DNA of 63,971 bases, the filler included, from Octopus bimaculoides (lineage: Eukaryota), in assembly GCF_001194135.2 (NCBI RefSeq). It is 6 parts of 5 records of this genome, joined end to end, with 100 filler letters (N's around TTAATTAATTAA, not from the genome) between each part and the next. Parts side by side here need not be neighbours in the genome. Positions count along the whole stretch, not along the records: positions 1 to 25,003 come from NC_068998.1; 5 more parts are not named here. One strand, 5' to 3'. This document shows, piece by piece, positions 1 to 13,113 of the stretch. Both the position numbers and the translations under genes were made by a program. Position 1 is the first letter of the stretch. Each line of letters begins with the position of its first letter. The notes beneath the pieces were generated by a model. It did not search any database and was not told the origin of the DNA. It was given only the letters and a program-made list of their open reading frames with translations.

Positions 1-46
<46 letters not shown>

Positions 47-66
47 CATACAAACATACATACATA

Positions 67-190
67 CCTTGCTTGGAAAGAAGTAAGGGTTGATGACAGG
101 AAGAGCATCAGGCAAAAGAAAATCTGCCTCAACAAATTCAGTCTGACCCATGCAAACATGAAGAAGTGGACGTTAGGTTGGTGATGGCAT
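67..190 (+). repeat. Degenerate 3' tail of an RTE-associated repeat (family C: ...AGGAAGGGCATCC...ACCCATGC...GGACGTT-(GAT)n)
   Basis: Shares ggaagagcatc, acccatgc and ggacgtt motifs with copies at 12.2, 19.2, 43.1 and 63.3 kb. Confidence 0.55.
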
Positions 191-732
191 GACGTTATGT
201 ATTACTATTTCATAGTTGTAGACATTGGCTCGCTCACATACACATACACACTGATATCTACACCCACGCACATCATGTTGTCATGTATATTTCCTTCTTT
301 CAACTATGAAAGTTGATGCATACTTAAAAAAATACTTGTAGTTAAGTTTCCATTGAAAATAAATACAGTGTTAGGTTTCCTCTTCAGTTAGTCTTTGATT
401 TTGAATGCAAATAATGTATTTGATATGCTATTTCACATGAATACAGTATCCTATTCCATATCTGAATTATATTAAGCAGGTTCTGTAAAAATTAGAAATA
501 TCAATACTGTGAAGATATTTAAAACACTATGTATAAATGTGATTTGGTGTGTGTTGTCGCTGTTTATTTATGTGACGTGTATGGTCATATGTGTAAGTAT
601 GTATGAATGAATATGTGCATGTGTGTGTGTATATTCTATGAGTACATCTTTGTACATGTATTTATATATCTGCATGCCTGTATGTATATACACACCCACC
701 CACACACATACACATACAGTATATATATATAT

Positions 733-850
733 TCTTTTATTCGTTTCAGTCAGTTGACAGCAGCCATGGTGGAGCACCACCTTTAGTCAAACAAATCGAC
801 CCCAGGGCTTATTCTTTGTAAGCCTAGTACTTATCTTATTGGTCTCTCTT
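733..850 (-). repeat. SINE family B, 3' part
   Basis: Matches the tttcagtca..ggagcacc..tttagtc..aaatcgaccccagg..cttattctttgtaagcctagtactta block also at 16.05 and 62.63 kb. Confidence 0.75.
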
Positions 851-861
851 GTCCATAATGT

Positions 862-1142
862 ATTCAGTTCAATTCCCAGAGGTGCATTGTGTCCTCAAGC
901 AAGACATTTTATTTCACACTGTTCCAGTCCCCTCAGTTGGCAAAAATGAGTAGTACCTGTATTACCGTATTTCAAGGGGCCAACTGTGTCACATTCAGTG
1001 TCACACTAAATCTCCCTTAAAACTATGTTAAGGGCATGCATGTCTGTGGAATACTCAGACATGTGCATGTTAATTTCATAAGCTGGCTGTTTCATTGATC
1101 AGATCAACCAGAACTTATGTCATAACCGACGGAGTGCCAGTC
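862..1142 (+). repeat. tRNA-derived SINE family A (shared head/core, tail variant 1)
   Basis: B-box-like ttcaattcc followed by the core gcaagaca-ttttatttcac..tgttccagtc..ctcagttggcaaaaatgagtag, shared with the 57.4 kb copy. Confidence 0.65.
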
Positions 1143-1202
1143 TTATAAATTTGTGCTATATTTTCACAAGTTCTTACTAGCTCTGAATATTTGCTTAGAA
1201 TT

Positions 1203-1203
<1 letters not shown>

Positions 1204-1237
<34 letters not shown>

Positions 1238-1525
1238 GCTGCAATGATCTTCTCCTCCTACTCCTCCGCAAGATGTGCTTCTAGCTAACACTCTTTATTG
1301 AATATTGAAATGTACATAGGCTTTAGAGACAAACCCTATTTGTTCCATCCCAAGATAAACAAGACGGACACAAAAATATTCCGAAGTCTTCTTCTTATCT
1401 GTAAAATATCCTAAAAGATACTTCTTTCATTCAAAACAAACACAGAAAATCCAAAAGTACTCGGAGAGCAAAATAAACATGTCTACTCAGGTCAAAAAGC
1501 AAATATAATAATAATGATGACGATG

Positions 1526-1568
<43 letters not shown>

Positions 1569-1569
1569 C

Positions 1570-1612
<43 letters not shown>
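1204..1612. repeat. (CTA)n and (AAT)n microsatellites flanking ~270 bp of unassigned sequence
   Basis: (CTA)n at about 1204-1236 and an interrupted (AAT)n at about 1506-1612, read directly. Confidence 0.85.
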
Positions 1613-2524
1613 GCTATGATGATAATCGTAATATCACCAACAAACTAATAATTTCTGTAATCTTGTCAAAGTTGTTGAAATTTCAATATTTAACTTAATA
1701 TACATATGTTGCTATAGATTTGCAGAAAATCATAGATTACTTAAAAGAAAATATAAGTTTTAACATATCTCTTGAAATTGTGCTTTGAATTTATTCTCAG
1801 TGAATTTATTTTTAAAGCAAACAAACTTGAAATAAGACCATACTTATGAAACTGCCAGGAAATTGCTGAATAGCATTTATATATTGCTTTATATTTTATA
1901 TTGATAGTTTGCATTATATTTCAGTTCGCATTTTTGTTTTTTTTAGTTTTTAGTTTTTACTAAGGGAATCCTTAGGATTTATTGAATGAATGCAAAAAAA
2001 CAAAAAAATGAAGAAAAAAAATGTACAAAAAACAACGACCAACTAAAATAAAAAAAAGTCTTATGGAAATTATTTGCAAAGATGATTTAATTTTTCTATA
2101 GATCATTTATCTATATAAAACATTTTAAGTTAAGCTTCTATTTTAATGTTAAAGTAAATGAGTGTTAACATAAAATGAAAATAAAAAATATCAAAAATAT
2201 TGTTGAACCACTGATTCACAAAATTTTTGAGATATTTTGCTTCAGAATCCTATTAACAACAGCAACAACAACAACAAGAATATCACTACTTAATGTTTAA
2301 CCTCTTCTGAAAGTAATTCATAAATACAGTTCAGAAAATTTGTTGTATCATCAAGTTATTGCTGTCTATTTTTTCCCCTATTCAGAACTGGAATAAATAT
2401 CAATATGGCAATCAGCCTGATGCACACTATTGATAGCTAACAATGTCTTGTTACTTATGCCACAGCCTGTCACTGATATTAAGTAATAGAAGTTAGTGTA
2501 TGTATAACCATACAACCTGTCAGA

Positions 2525-2700
2525 TATAGCAGCCAAATCTCCTTGAAAATACTCCCTCTTATCTTAAAACTGGAAGAATACATTACATAAATGAGTCCCT
2601 GTTGTATAAACACATGAAATAATTGTAGATATGGAACGCCTTCCATCATAGGTCTTCTGAATCAGAACTGATCTGGGCCTTAAAAGCAAACACAAAAACA
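2525..2700 (+). repeat. Interspersed repeat family E (degenerate)
   Basis: Similar blocks occur at about 7320-7505 (reverse) and 56220-56430. Class not determined. Confidence 0.45.
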
Positions 2701-2871
2701 AGGACTATAAGCAATGACAGGGAGCAATATATACATACTGAGTTCAAATTTGTCCTGAACTGTAGTTAAGAAGAGTAATCAGTTGGACTTTACATACACA
2801 CACACACACACACATATATATGTATACATAAGCACATATATGTATATATATGAATGTGTATGCGCGTATAA

Positions 2872-2902
<31 letters not shown>

Positions 2903-4194
2903 AAACCCCTCATAACTATTTTACTTTTTAAACTTTTTCGAAAATTTGCTTGATAAATACATTGAGGGCAAGTTCCCTCTCTGCTGTGCAATTGTGTGGG
3001 AACATACACACACTTCTCAATGAATACAAAGGAAAAACTGCATGCTCTCAAGGTTTACAAAAAGATCTCAAATGTTTTTTTATTTGAAGATGGATATTCA
3101 TGTTAATGCACACATATTTTGCAAGGAAAAGCAAAATTTGCACTCAGGCAAATTTTCACAAACACTCAACAGGACCACTGAGACTAGAAGCTACAATTGA
3201 TTTATTTTTCATTTTTTTTCTTAAATATTGAATTGTGAAGCCAAGTAATAATTAATAATTCATTTTTATTTTTATTTTTATTTTATTTTAAATTTGTATT
3301 TGATTATGGTCAGTGTATGGTCAGTAATTAGAATTAATAGTTGTATGTATGACATGCTTCTGCACAGTTTTTCCTCTACCAAATTCCACTCACACGCTAT
3401 GATACAAGACACTACACAGTGAGATCAAACCTCGAAATATGTAATGATGTGAGCCTCTTCAGTATAGAACAATCCATGCACACATACATATATGACTGAG
3501 TGTATGTGTGAATTAATTAATGGACATAATCGAAACTAACTACATTGTCATGTTAATATATATTATCCCTAATTACTAAATGTCCATGCTGTATACACTT
3601 AGTTCCTCAATGGCTCTATCCAAATTCCTGATTATATGTACTACAGAATAGTACAGGTTGTTGTTGTAAGGATAATAAATTGCTGTATAATTTAGCCTTC
3701 CTCCCATAATAGGTTCCATACCTCAATCACTGTTGTCATTACATTAACAATCGATCCCTCTCCCACCCCTCAGCTCACTGTTTGACCAGCTATCAAACTG
3801 ACAGCCCTAACACTGCCCCCACTGTAAACTATTTAAGCATGCAATGACAAACTTTTATATGCATTCCATTTGTTCTGTTCTTTCCATTAACTGATATCTA
3901 TAAAGAAAAATATATGGTAGTGCTTTCTACCCAGTAATAAAAATCTAACCAGAAAGAAGAATGCAATAAATAAATAAACTATCAATTCTAGAACATATTC
4001 AGATATTCATAGATAGTTTCAGAGAAATAAATCAGAGTAGTTTCCATTATGTATCTTCTCTCTCTTGAACCTTTATATAACACCAAATAAACTCACAAAT
4101 GCTATTGTGAACTGTAAAAGAATTGAGTGTATCTTTTATCAGTTTGCAAGCCTGTTAAATCAAACTGAAGCACTGACCATTACTATTGTTATTT

Positions 4195-5600
4195 AGAACC
4201 AAAAGATAAACAACACAATTATAGAACTAACCTTTGGTATATATATCGAATTCCCTATAGAAAACTGAAGAAAAAGCTCAACAATAAAATATGAAATTGC
4301 AGATGTAGCACAGATTTTATAATACAGATTTGGGATTTTAAAGAACATATATTTGTTTAGTCGGTACGTCTTATTCCTTTATGAATTTCAGTTATTCATC
4401 TGTAGCCATGATGGGGTATTTTCAATAACAGTAGGAGAATATGTAGCTTTAAGGGAATGTTGTAAACTGCATTATCAGTTCTTGAGTTTTGATAAGTATA
4501 TATTCCATAGAGGGAAGGGTATCTAATATTTTGGGATTTTTCATCATCTGAGACTGAGAATGAATTTTTGGCAACGTATTCTCTCTTCCAGACCAAAGAA
4601 TAGCATGAAATATGAGACACTTCTTTTCCCCAAAGCATGGAAATATATTGAAACTCACAAACTTTCTAAACAATTTTACTGAGACACAAAAGTTTCCTGT
4701 GACAAGTTTCTACACAGAACCACAAATTTTTGCGACTGTTTTCTGAACTATTACTAGCAAATGCCTAGTCTCTCAGCACCATGATATCTACCACAAATTT
4801 CATTGAAATTCAAAAACGCTAATGAAAATGTTTTCTTAGAAAGTAATCTCACCTGAGTGATTAACATATTATATGAAAATTCAAGCAGTATAGATATTCT
4901 AAATAGTGACATCAGAGACTTCTAAAAGATGATGGTTGAAATTCTTCAAGGCTGTACTTTTCAACATCTGACATTTAAACAGAACTCTGTAACTTTTCCA
5001 CACTCAAGTTCCATCAAAAGACAACACTTTTCTGTCTGAATTTCGTTGGCAATATTGATCATGCAGAAGGTGATGATGTGGAACTTCAAGAACTCTTCAA
5101 CAGACTAGAAAGAGAGTCAAGTGTTATCAGAAAGGAAGTCACTTCAGAAAAGAGCAAGAATCTAATCAACAGCAGCAATCAGAATGCAGTAATTAACATC
5201 ATGCTAAAATGGATGAACATCTTGAAAAAAAAAGAGAATCATTTTAGATATTTCAGATCTACTGTGAGCAAGTATGGCAGGCCAGTAACAGAGAAAAAAA
5301 GCAAGACTTGGCTGGTCCTTATCTGTCAGGACAAAGACTAGAATATTGTATAGATAAACAATTCTCTTAAGCTGCCTATGGAACACTAAGTGTACAAGTC
5401 TCTAATATCTTCAGTCTTTCTGTACAGACACGAAAGCCAAACACAGCTGGATATTCTCAGTTAGCAAAGAACTTAGAATCTAGGGATTTTAGTTCAAATG
5501 TTCCAAAAGTGTGGACCAAAATGAAACTAAAACTAACATTCAACCCATACAAAATTGGTAAAAAGCATGTAAAACAGCAAACAGGAAAAAATTAAAATCT
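4195..5600 (+). mobile_element. Highly decayed RTE-like LINE reverse-transcriptase remnant
   Basis: Collinear degenerate RT motifs across frameshifts: NYRT (~4215); HDIYHK/FIEIQK resembling DLYH.FIDFKK (~4790); FVGNIDHAEGDDVELQELFNRLE resembling FADDIDL...ELQ.L..RL (~5041); FRYFRSTVSKYG resembling FKYLGS.IS.DG (~5243); VYKSLISSVFLYRHES resembling VYK.L..SVLLYG.ES (~5390). Confidence 0.75.
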
Positions 5601-7677
5601 GATATTTGTAACAAATCAGAATTTATGAGCCAAGAGATTGTAGCCCAATACCATCGGTTTTGATCTGTTTTATCTCAGCAAATAACAATATGTTGAGGAA
5701 GAAAAAGCAGATTATTATGGTATTTAAAACCCTTTTGAAACTGTCCCTAGTTCTATGATACAACTCACTGGTTTTGAAGTAATCTAAGTTAAAATCTTGT
5801 ACCAAAATTTTGGTTTAATGTAAGTTCCAAACATAGTTTAATAATGGCTGCTGTCTAATGACTGAAACAAGTAAAAGATAAAAGATATTTCAAGAGAAAT
5901 ATGGTAATGAAAGGGCTAAGAGAATTTCTCAATAGCCAGTTCCATAGTTAGAGATTGAATTAAATTTATTTCAGTTAGCCATTGATCCACACTAACCAAT
6001 ATATATTGTTCTGAACCAAAATATTTCACTGAAAATGAAGTTGCAACTCTTTACAACCGAAAATGTCTTTATTTTCCCTGGACAATAACATGTATGTATG
6101 TACAGATCTTTTGATGCATGTGTGTATGTATGAGTGTATATGAGAATTTACTTATGTATGTTTATGAGAATAACTGTATGACTGTGTGAATGAGCAATAC
6201 AGAAAGAGAAAGGGAAAGCAAGTAAGATTAAATGTGTGTGTGTCTGTGTTTGTGTGTCTTTAATTTGTTGTTGTTTTTTCCTAATTTAAAAATATAACTT
6301 GATGCATTAAATATTTTAGGAATTGACATGTATGCACTTTTCTTTTTCCTTCGTTTTTAATCAGGGACAAAAATATGAAAAAAAAAAAAAAAAAAAAAAA
6401 ATATAAGAGAGCCTCAAGGAATAAGAAATTCTTCAATCAATAATCTTTTATTTCATTATTTTGAATTTTTTGTGGACTTCTTTACTTATCTTTATTTATT
6501 AAGACTCAGGAATTTTCATCCATCCATTTCTCAATTGTGAACTTTTGCCCATTAGAACTTGCAATAGTTCTGTTATTCTCATACAGTATACATTTATTCC
6601 TTGCAGAACTAAACTTTTCAATTTCACAAGAATACAAATTCTCTTCATTGAACTCTTTAGGCTTTTATGAAATTGATACTACTCAGCGCTCGTTAATTAT
6701 AAGCCTGATTTGATGTTCAATGGAAATTTCATTGAAATATTTATTACATAATGATAAAAAGATATTGATCTCTTTATTTATGCAATATTCACCTGACTGA
6801 TCTCCAAAATTAGATTATATTGCTAGCGAGATAATATATTTCTGTAAATCCATCTGTTTCACTCCCTATGTTTTCCTACTTTTCCTTTAATGCAGTTTTA
6901 AATATTTAAAATTGATATTGTATTCTGGTATTCAGTAATTTTGTTATAAGCTACTTTGTATCATCATTAAGGGATACTGAACTGAAAATTTCTACTTGTC
7001 TATGAGATTCTTATTCACTTTACGCCATCTAATCAGTTGACTATGTGCCAGAAATTTTAATCAACAGGTGTTGTATCTATTGTATTGGAATAAATACTTC
7101 AGTTAATGAATTTCATTTACTTCAATTCAGAAAGCTGCAGCTGATTTGGTTGTTAGGGTATACTCAGCCCACCCGCCCAAAGGTTTATTGTTTTGTATAA
7201 CCCCTCATCAATGACATTGCAATGTGTCCCTGGCCAAGAAATTTAACACACAAATGGACTTGTTAACTTAACTGTAAATAAGTACCAAGGTAAAGTATAA
7301 TTCAGCAAGCAAGAAATATCTTGTTTCTTACACCCAAGTCAACCTTGATGTAGCAGAGTTATTTGATCAGAGGGGTTATAACTATGACCATGTCATCGTT
7401 TTCCTGAAGCACAGTCGATCTAGGACTATATTAACCAATGTGTCTTTCAATTATTTCAAACAGTAGGGTATCACTTAAGAGACTTGGTTGCTATTTTAAC
7501 AGGCTTTGCTACCACACCATGTTCTCTCTGTTTGTACAATGAGGTGGTAAATTATACCACAGTAAATAAAAAGGTATGAGCAATCTATATTACACTTGAC
7601 TGTAAATAACAAATATTTATAATAATAAATAAAACAGCATATCCCAGTGAAGTAAATAACAACAATACTGTATGACT

Positions 7678-7906
7678 AGGTGGTGAGCTGGCAGAATCGT
7701 TAGCTCGGCGGACGAAATGCTCAGCGGTATTTCGTCTGCCGCTTTGTTCTGAGTTCAAATTCCACCGAGGTCGACTTTGCCTTTCATCCTTTTGGGGGGC
7801 GATTAATAACCAGTTATGCACTGGGGTCGATCCAATCGACTTAATCCCTTTGTCTGTCCTTGTTTGTCCCCTCTATGTTTAGCCCCTTGTGGGCAATAAA
7901 GAAATA
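7678..7906 (+). mobile_element. Complete SINE family D (Deu/Nin-domain-like core) with 14-bp TSD
   Basis: Head ggtgagctggcagaatcgttagc, B-box gagttcaaattcc, core gcctttcatccttt. Direct repeat AATACTGTATGACT at 7664-7677 and 7907-7920. Confidence 0.85.
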
Positions 7907-8029
7907 AATACTGTATGACTGAAAAGTGTTTAATTAACTGAGTTGAAATCCTACCAGGAAAAAAACTTTGAGATGAATGAGTTCTCTTGCTTTTGGCTAT
8001 CCTCAATATGCTACATCTTCATCATAATC

Positions 8030-8600
8030 ATAATAATCCTTTAACATCCTTTATCCATGCTGGCATGGGTTGGATAGTTTGACCAGAGCTGGTAAGCTGG
8101 AGAACTGCACCAGGTTCCAGTCTGATTTGGCCCTGTTTCTATGGCTGGATGCCCTTCCTAACACCAACGACTTTACAGTGTGCTGGGTGCTTTTAATGTG
8201 ACACTGCATGAGTGATTACAATACGGTATCCGGCACGAGTGGCTTTTATATGGTACTGACACATCATTCTTGCAGGTCAATCCTCTTTACCAGGAAGAGT
8301 GGTCTTAACACTTCTGAAGAGTCCCTAGCATAACTGGTGAGGGGTGGCAGCAGTCTGTCCAAGGGAGCTCTTTTAAAGGGGCGGCACTTTTCATCCTGTT
8401 GTAGGCTATTGCTTTAGGCAATGTGTGTTTTTTGTGGGGTCCAGGGGTAGCAAACAGAAGGGCTGGCCCTGGCAGCACACACTCTAGCCATGCTAGTGTG
8501 TAGAGTACAGGTCGTCTTGACTACAGCAAGATGCCAGGTATCTCGGACCTTTGTCATCTCATCTAAAATGTTCAGCATTCTGAGGTTATATATTGAAACA
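8030..8600 (-). mobile_element. RTE-like 3' end remnants (coding C-terminus plus family C tail)
   Basis: Minus-strand peptide NLRMLNILDEMTKVRDTWHLAVVKT resembles an RTE C-terminus. 8030-8200 is the reverse complement of the family C tail. Confidence 0.55.
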
Positions 8601-10319
8601 AAATCTTCACTTATTATCCCAAGTAACCCATTGAGTTCTTGGAGTGGCATTCATTCAGTTTATGATGATAAATTGCATACATACAGCAACAGATCCGAGT
8701 TGCTTCTAAAACATTGATTGGTCAATAATTGTTATTGGAAACATGAAGCTGAATATGGCAGGACTAATTGCTTAGAATTGCTTTTAGATTTTTTTTTGTT
8801 TTCATGATTTAGTCCAAAAAGAAAGGGCAGTGCTCATTTTGCTTTTCGGTAACCTCCTAGACGGTTGAGAGGAAGGAAAGAAGTTGTATTTGGATTGGAA
8901 ACCTGAGTTGAGTATAAGACTAAATGTAGACAGATCTAATGTTTTTTTCTTATCTACATGGGTGGCCATGGTACAAGAAATATGGGGGCTATCATTATTT
9001 ATTATCCCCAGTGGTTCCAGCCATAATCTTTTTGGTTCCAGTCTTTCTTCATATGTATTAGAACCACGTCTCGTTAACTGACCACTGAGTCCTTCTTTAT
9101 TTCATCGATAGGCAGTGTGGTTTAAGGAAATTTGGTTTGTATTTCTAGTAGGTAGAATAACTTGGTGGTTTTATTGTATTAAACACATGTTATAGCAAGC
9201 GACAGTGGTCCAATATTGACATTGTCTGGCTTGATGTCACATTCTTATGCATTAAATGATAGTTTAAACATATTGAATTCACTCCATGCAAAATTGTGAA
9301 TAAATCAGACAGAATAAAACAATAAAGCACCCACATTCAAACATACATGCATGCATGTACGCACACACATATGTACACATGCACACACACACACATGTAT
9401 GCGCACACACACACCTGTATGTATGCACACAAATTTGTATTAATCACTGTTAATGTGTGGAATTTCCCATAGAATCTTAAATTTGTGCTTAATCGCAAAA
9501 GTGAACAGAATTTGTCTCAGCCGGTTCTTCATAAATTAATATTTGCTTTTAATAACCATTGACGAGAATTATCGTTGTATTTTGAACAGTTTCACTCTCT
9601 TGTTATACAATACTACACTTTGATGTTACCAACATCAAAAGCTTGGTGATGTACTTAAAAACAGTTTTACCGCTTGTGTTTGGGTGTAACTGTAATTTCA
9701 GAGACGAAGGTTTCGATGAAAATATATCGAATGACATAAATATTGTTTTGGTCATTGGAACATTTTCAATCAATTTATAACGCTATGGTAAATTATTTTG
9801 ATTCTCCTATTTAACGATCAATTTGGTTCATCTGTGACAAATTCAGTGAAATCCTCAACCTGTAGAGACACACATACACACACAGAGACACATTAACACA
9901 CCTATTTACATACACATTAATAATCAGACACACACATATCGATACATATTGATATCCTAATGCACATACAAATACACCAGGACATATATTCATAAATACA
10001 CACATATACATACACATACAGACATTGACTGAATCATTACAATGCTAACAAATGCTAAATGAAAACTATTTTCTTCCTAATTAGTTATGGTAATCATTTC
10101 ACTAATTAGCTGAATTAGCAAATTCATAAAATTCAAGAATTCATCTTCTGTTTTCAGTGATATTAAGTGGATGAAAAATTACGTTACCCCAGGGAAGAGT
10201 ACTATATTTTTGGAGGGCAACATTCCCAGATAACACTTGATTGTTATATAGGCTGGTGTCCTTTGGTATATAAGTATGTTACTATATATGTGTGCATAAG
10301 TATTAGTATCCATTATATA

Positions 10320-10628
10320 AGGTGCATAGCTCAGTGGTTAGGGCGTTGGGCTCAGAATTATTAAGTAGTGAGTTCAATTCCTGGACTGGACTGTGTGTTG
10401 AATTCTTGAGCAAGACAATTTATTTCATGTTGCTCTATTTTGCTCAATGATGCCAAGCTGTATCGGCCTTTGCCTCCCTCTTGGATAACATCAGTGGCAT
10501 GGAGAGGGGAGGCTGGTATGCATGGCCCACTGCTGGTCTTTCATGAATAACCTTGCCTGGACTTGTGCCGCGGAGGGAAACTTTTTAGGTGCAATCTCAC
10601 GGTCATTTAGGACAGAAGTGGGTCTTTA
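10320..10628 (+). repeat. tRNA-derived SINE family A (tail variant 2)
   Basis: A-box tagctcagtggttagggc, B-box gagttcaattcc. Tail is shared with copies at 24.27 kb (+) and 46.06 kb (-). Confidence 0.8.
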
Positions 10629-10704
10629 TATAAACGTATAAACATATAAACGTATAAACATATAAACATATATTGTAAAAAAGGCTGTATTTATCGTCAG
10701 GTGT

Positions 10705-10857
10705 CTTCTAAAGGCAAATTTACAGTAGTTACCATGGAAATAAAAGATATTCTCTTATGGTAAAATGGTGTAAAAACACTATATCCATGCTAACTGCAGT
10801 GAATTTGCCTTTAAAAGTTGATATATGTCACAAACATCTTTTAACTAACCTAAAGGT
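10705..10857. mobile_element. Partial fold-back/MITE-like element, same family as 17894-18140
   Basis: Internal inverted arms ctaaaggcaaatttac and gtgaatttgcctttaaaag, with sequence similarity to the 17.9 kb element. Confidence 0.55.
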
Positions 10858-10867
10858 CTCATATATA

Positions 10868-11555
10868 TGAGGCACAGGAGTGGCTGTGTGGTAAGAAGCT
10901 TGTTTGCCAAGAGGCGGCGAGCTGGCAGAATCGTTAGCACGCCAGGCGAAATGCTTTGCGGTATTTCGTCTGCCATTATGTTCTGAGTTCAAATTCCGCG
11001 GAGGTCGACTTTGACTTTCATCCTTTCGGGGTCGATAAATTAAGTACCAGTTACGCACTGGCGTCAATGTAATCGACTTAATCCTTTTGTCTGTCCTTGT
11101 TTGNNNNNNNNNNTACGCACTGGCGTCAATGTAATCGACTTAATCCTTTTGTCTGTCCTTGTTTGTCCCCTCTATGTTTAGTCCCTTGTGGGCAATAAAG
11201 AAATAAGAAGCTTGTTTCCCAATGACATGGTTCTAGGTTCAGTCCCACTGTGTGGCACCTTGGGAAAGTGTTTTCTATTACAGACTTGAGTCAACCAAAG
11301 CCTTGTGAGTGGATTTGGTAGATAGAAACTGAAAGAAGCCCATCTTGTGTGTGTGTGTCTGTGTTTGTCCTTCCATCATCACTTCACAACTGATATTGGT
11401 GTGTTTACATTCCCTCTAACTAGCGGTTCAGCAAAAGAGACTGATATAATAAATACTAGGCTTACAAAGAATAAGTCCTGGGGTCGATTTGTTCAACTAA
11501 AAATAGTGCTCCACAGTCAAATGACTGAAACAAGTAAAAGAATAACAGAATAAAA
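10868..11555 (+). mobile_element. SINE family B interrupted by a nested family D SINE (10909-11203)
   Basis: Head ggcacaggagtggctgtgtggtaag resumes after the insert. TAAGAAGCTTGTTT is duplicated at 10892-10905 and 11204-11217. Tail ends in gaataaaagaata. Confidence 0.85.
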
Positions 11556-11934
11556 GAATATATTTACACCTAGGGCTTCTTCTTTCAGTTTCTGTTAACC
11601 AAATTTACTCATAAGGTTTTGAACGGGTCCCATGGAACAGAAAGCAGAACTATATAGTTGGGAAGGAAACTTACTTACTAGCTATACAACCATGCTTACT
11701 CCTTCCAATTAATTCATCCCGTTTAACTGTAAATATTATGAGATATTCAGATGATAATTTTCCAGACTATTAATTTCTTATGAATTGATTGTTCCAATCT
11801 CTAACCATCAACAGTTGAATTACTGACCAATATTAATTTTATTACTAGCTGTGATTTGTGCTTTTACTTCTAACAGAAGGGAGATACCATTCATAGACAT
11901 TGATCTTGTAAATCCTGATATTAAAAAATTGTTG

Positions 11935-12335
11935 TTGCCTGTGTCATGTGAATGACACCTGTGCATCGTATTAATGGTTATTGATTGTGCCATGTAAATT
12001 GGCACCTGAGAATCGTGGTTGTTGATGGTGCCATGTAAATGGTGCCCATGAGTCATGGTCATTGCTGGTGCCATGCAAATGGCATCCAGGAATTGTAGTT
12101 TTGGTCGTTGCCGGTGTCATATAAACAGCACCCACCCATGAATCATAGTCATGGTCGTTGCCGGTGTCATCTAAATGGCACCTGTGCCGGTGGCACGTAA
12201 AAGCACCCATTACACTCCTGGAGTGGTTGGCGTTAGGAAGAGCATCCAACTGTAGAAACTTTGCTCTCCAGCTCCAGTCAAACCGTCCAACCCATGCCGG
12301 CATGGAGAGTGGATGCTGAATGATGACGAAATGCG
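11935..12335 (+). repeat. ~40-bp minisatellite (about 6 diverged units) running into a family C tail
   Basis: Units resemble catggtcgttgccggtgtcat..aaatggcacc, followed by ggagtggttggcgttaggaagagcatcc...acccatgc...gatgac. Confidence 0.7.
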
Positions 12336-12860
12336 GGTTGCTTAGATTGAATCCAGCATGGGACAGGTCTATATGTTTAGGAATGAGACACTTGATATCA
12401 AGGGTGCTCATTGCCCTTTATTTAAATATACGGGTTCTCTAATTGAAAGCTAACCAGACATAAATACACATATTTGGGTATCAAATATGTGATAATGACT
12501 TGAGATCAAATCATTCAACTCGTAGCATAAAAGCAAATATATAATCTAAAGAGGATGATTATTATCATCTGAATAATGATAATTAATCTCAGAATGTCAG
12601 ACATTGAGTCTGTTAGGCTTTTAGGCTGGCATTTTACCATTTCCATCTTTCCATTCCCTAAGGACACTCCACTCATTCTATGTTGCCTCTTATAAATATT
12701 CAAATGAGGCCTTCAAATATCAAAGCAGAGAAAAGGTCTATGTCATTAACAGGTGAGTGTGACTTAGTTATTCTTAAGAATCAACTGAATATTTGGAAAA
12801 GTGCCACGTTTGATATTGTCTCAATTTTCTGACAATATATAAACATAATTATATACATAG

Positions 12861-12897
<37 letters not shown>

Positions 12898-13067
12898 NNN
12901 NNNNNNNNNNNNNNNNNNNNNNNNNNNNNNNNNNNNNNNNNNNNNNNNNNNNNNNNNNNNNNNNNNNNNNNNNNNNNNNNNNNNNNNNNNNNNNNNNNNN
13001 NNNNNNNNNNNNNNNNNNNNNNNNNNNNNNNNNNNNNNNNNNNNNNNNNNNNNTATATATATATATG

Positions 13068-13113
<46 letters not shown>

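Noticed and set aside
11053-11163. Exact duplications on both sides of 10-N gaps (also near 34920 and 63084)
   Set aside because: Typical unmerged contig overlaps.
11820-12411. His/Thr-rich repetitive ORFs of 84 and 146 aa
   Set aside because: Antisense read-through of the minisatellite and family C repeat.
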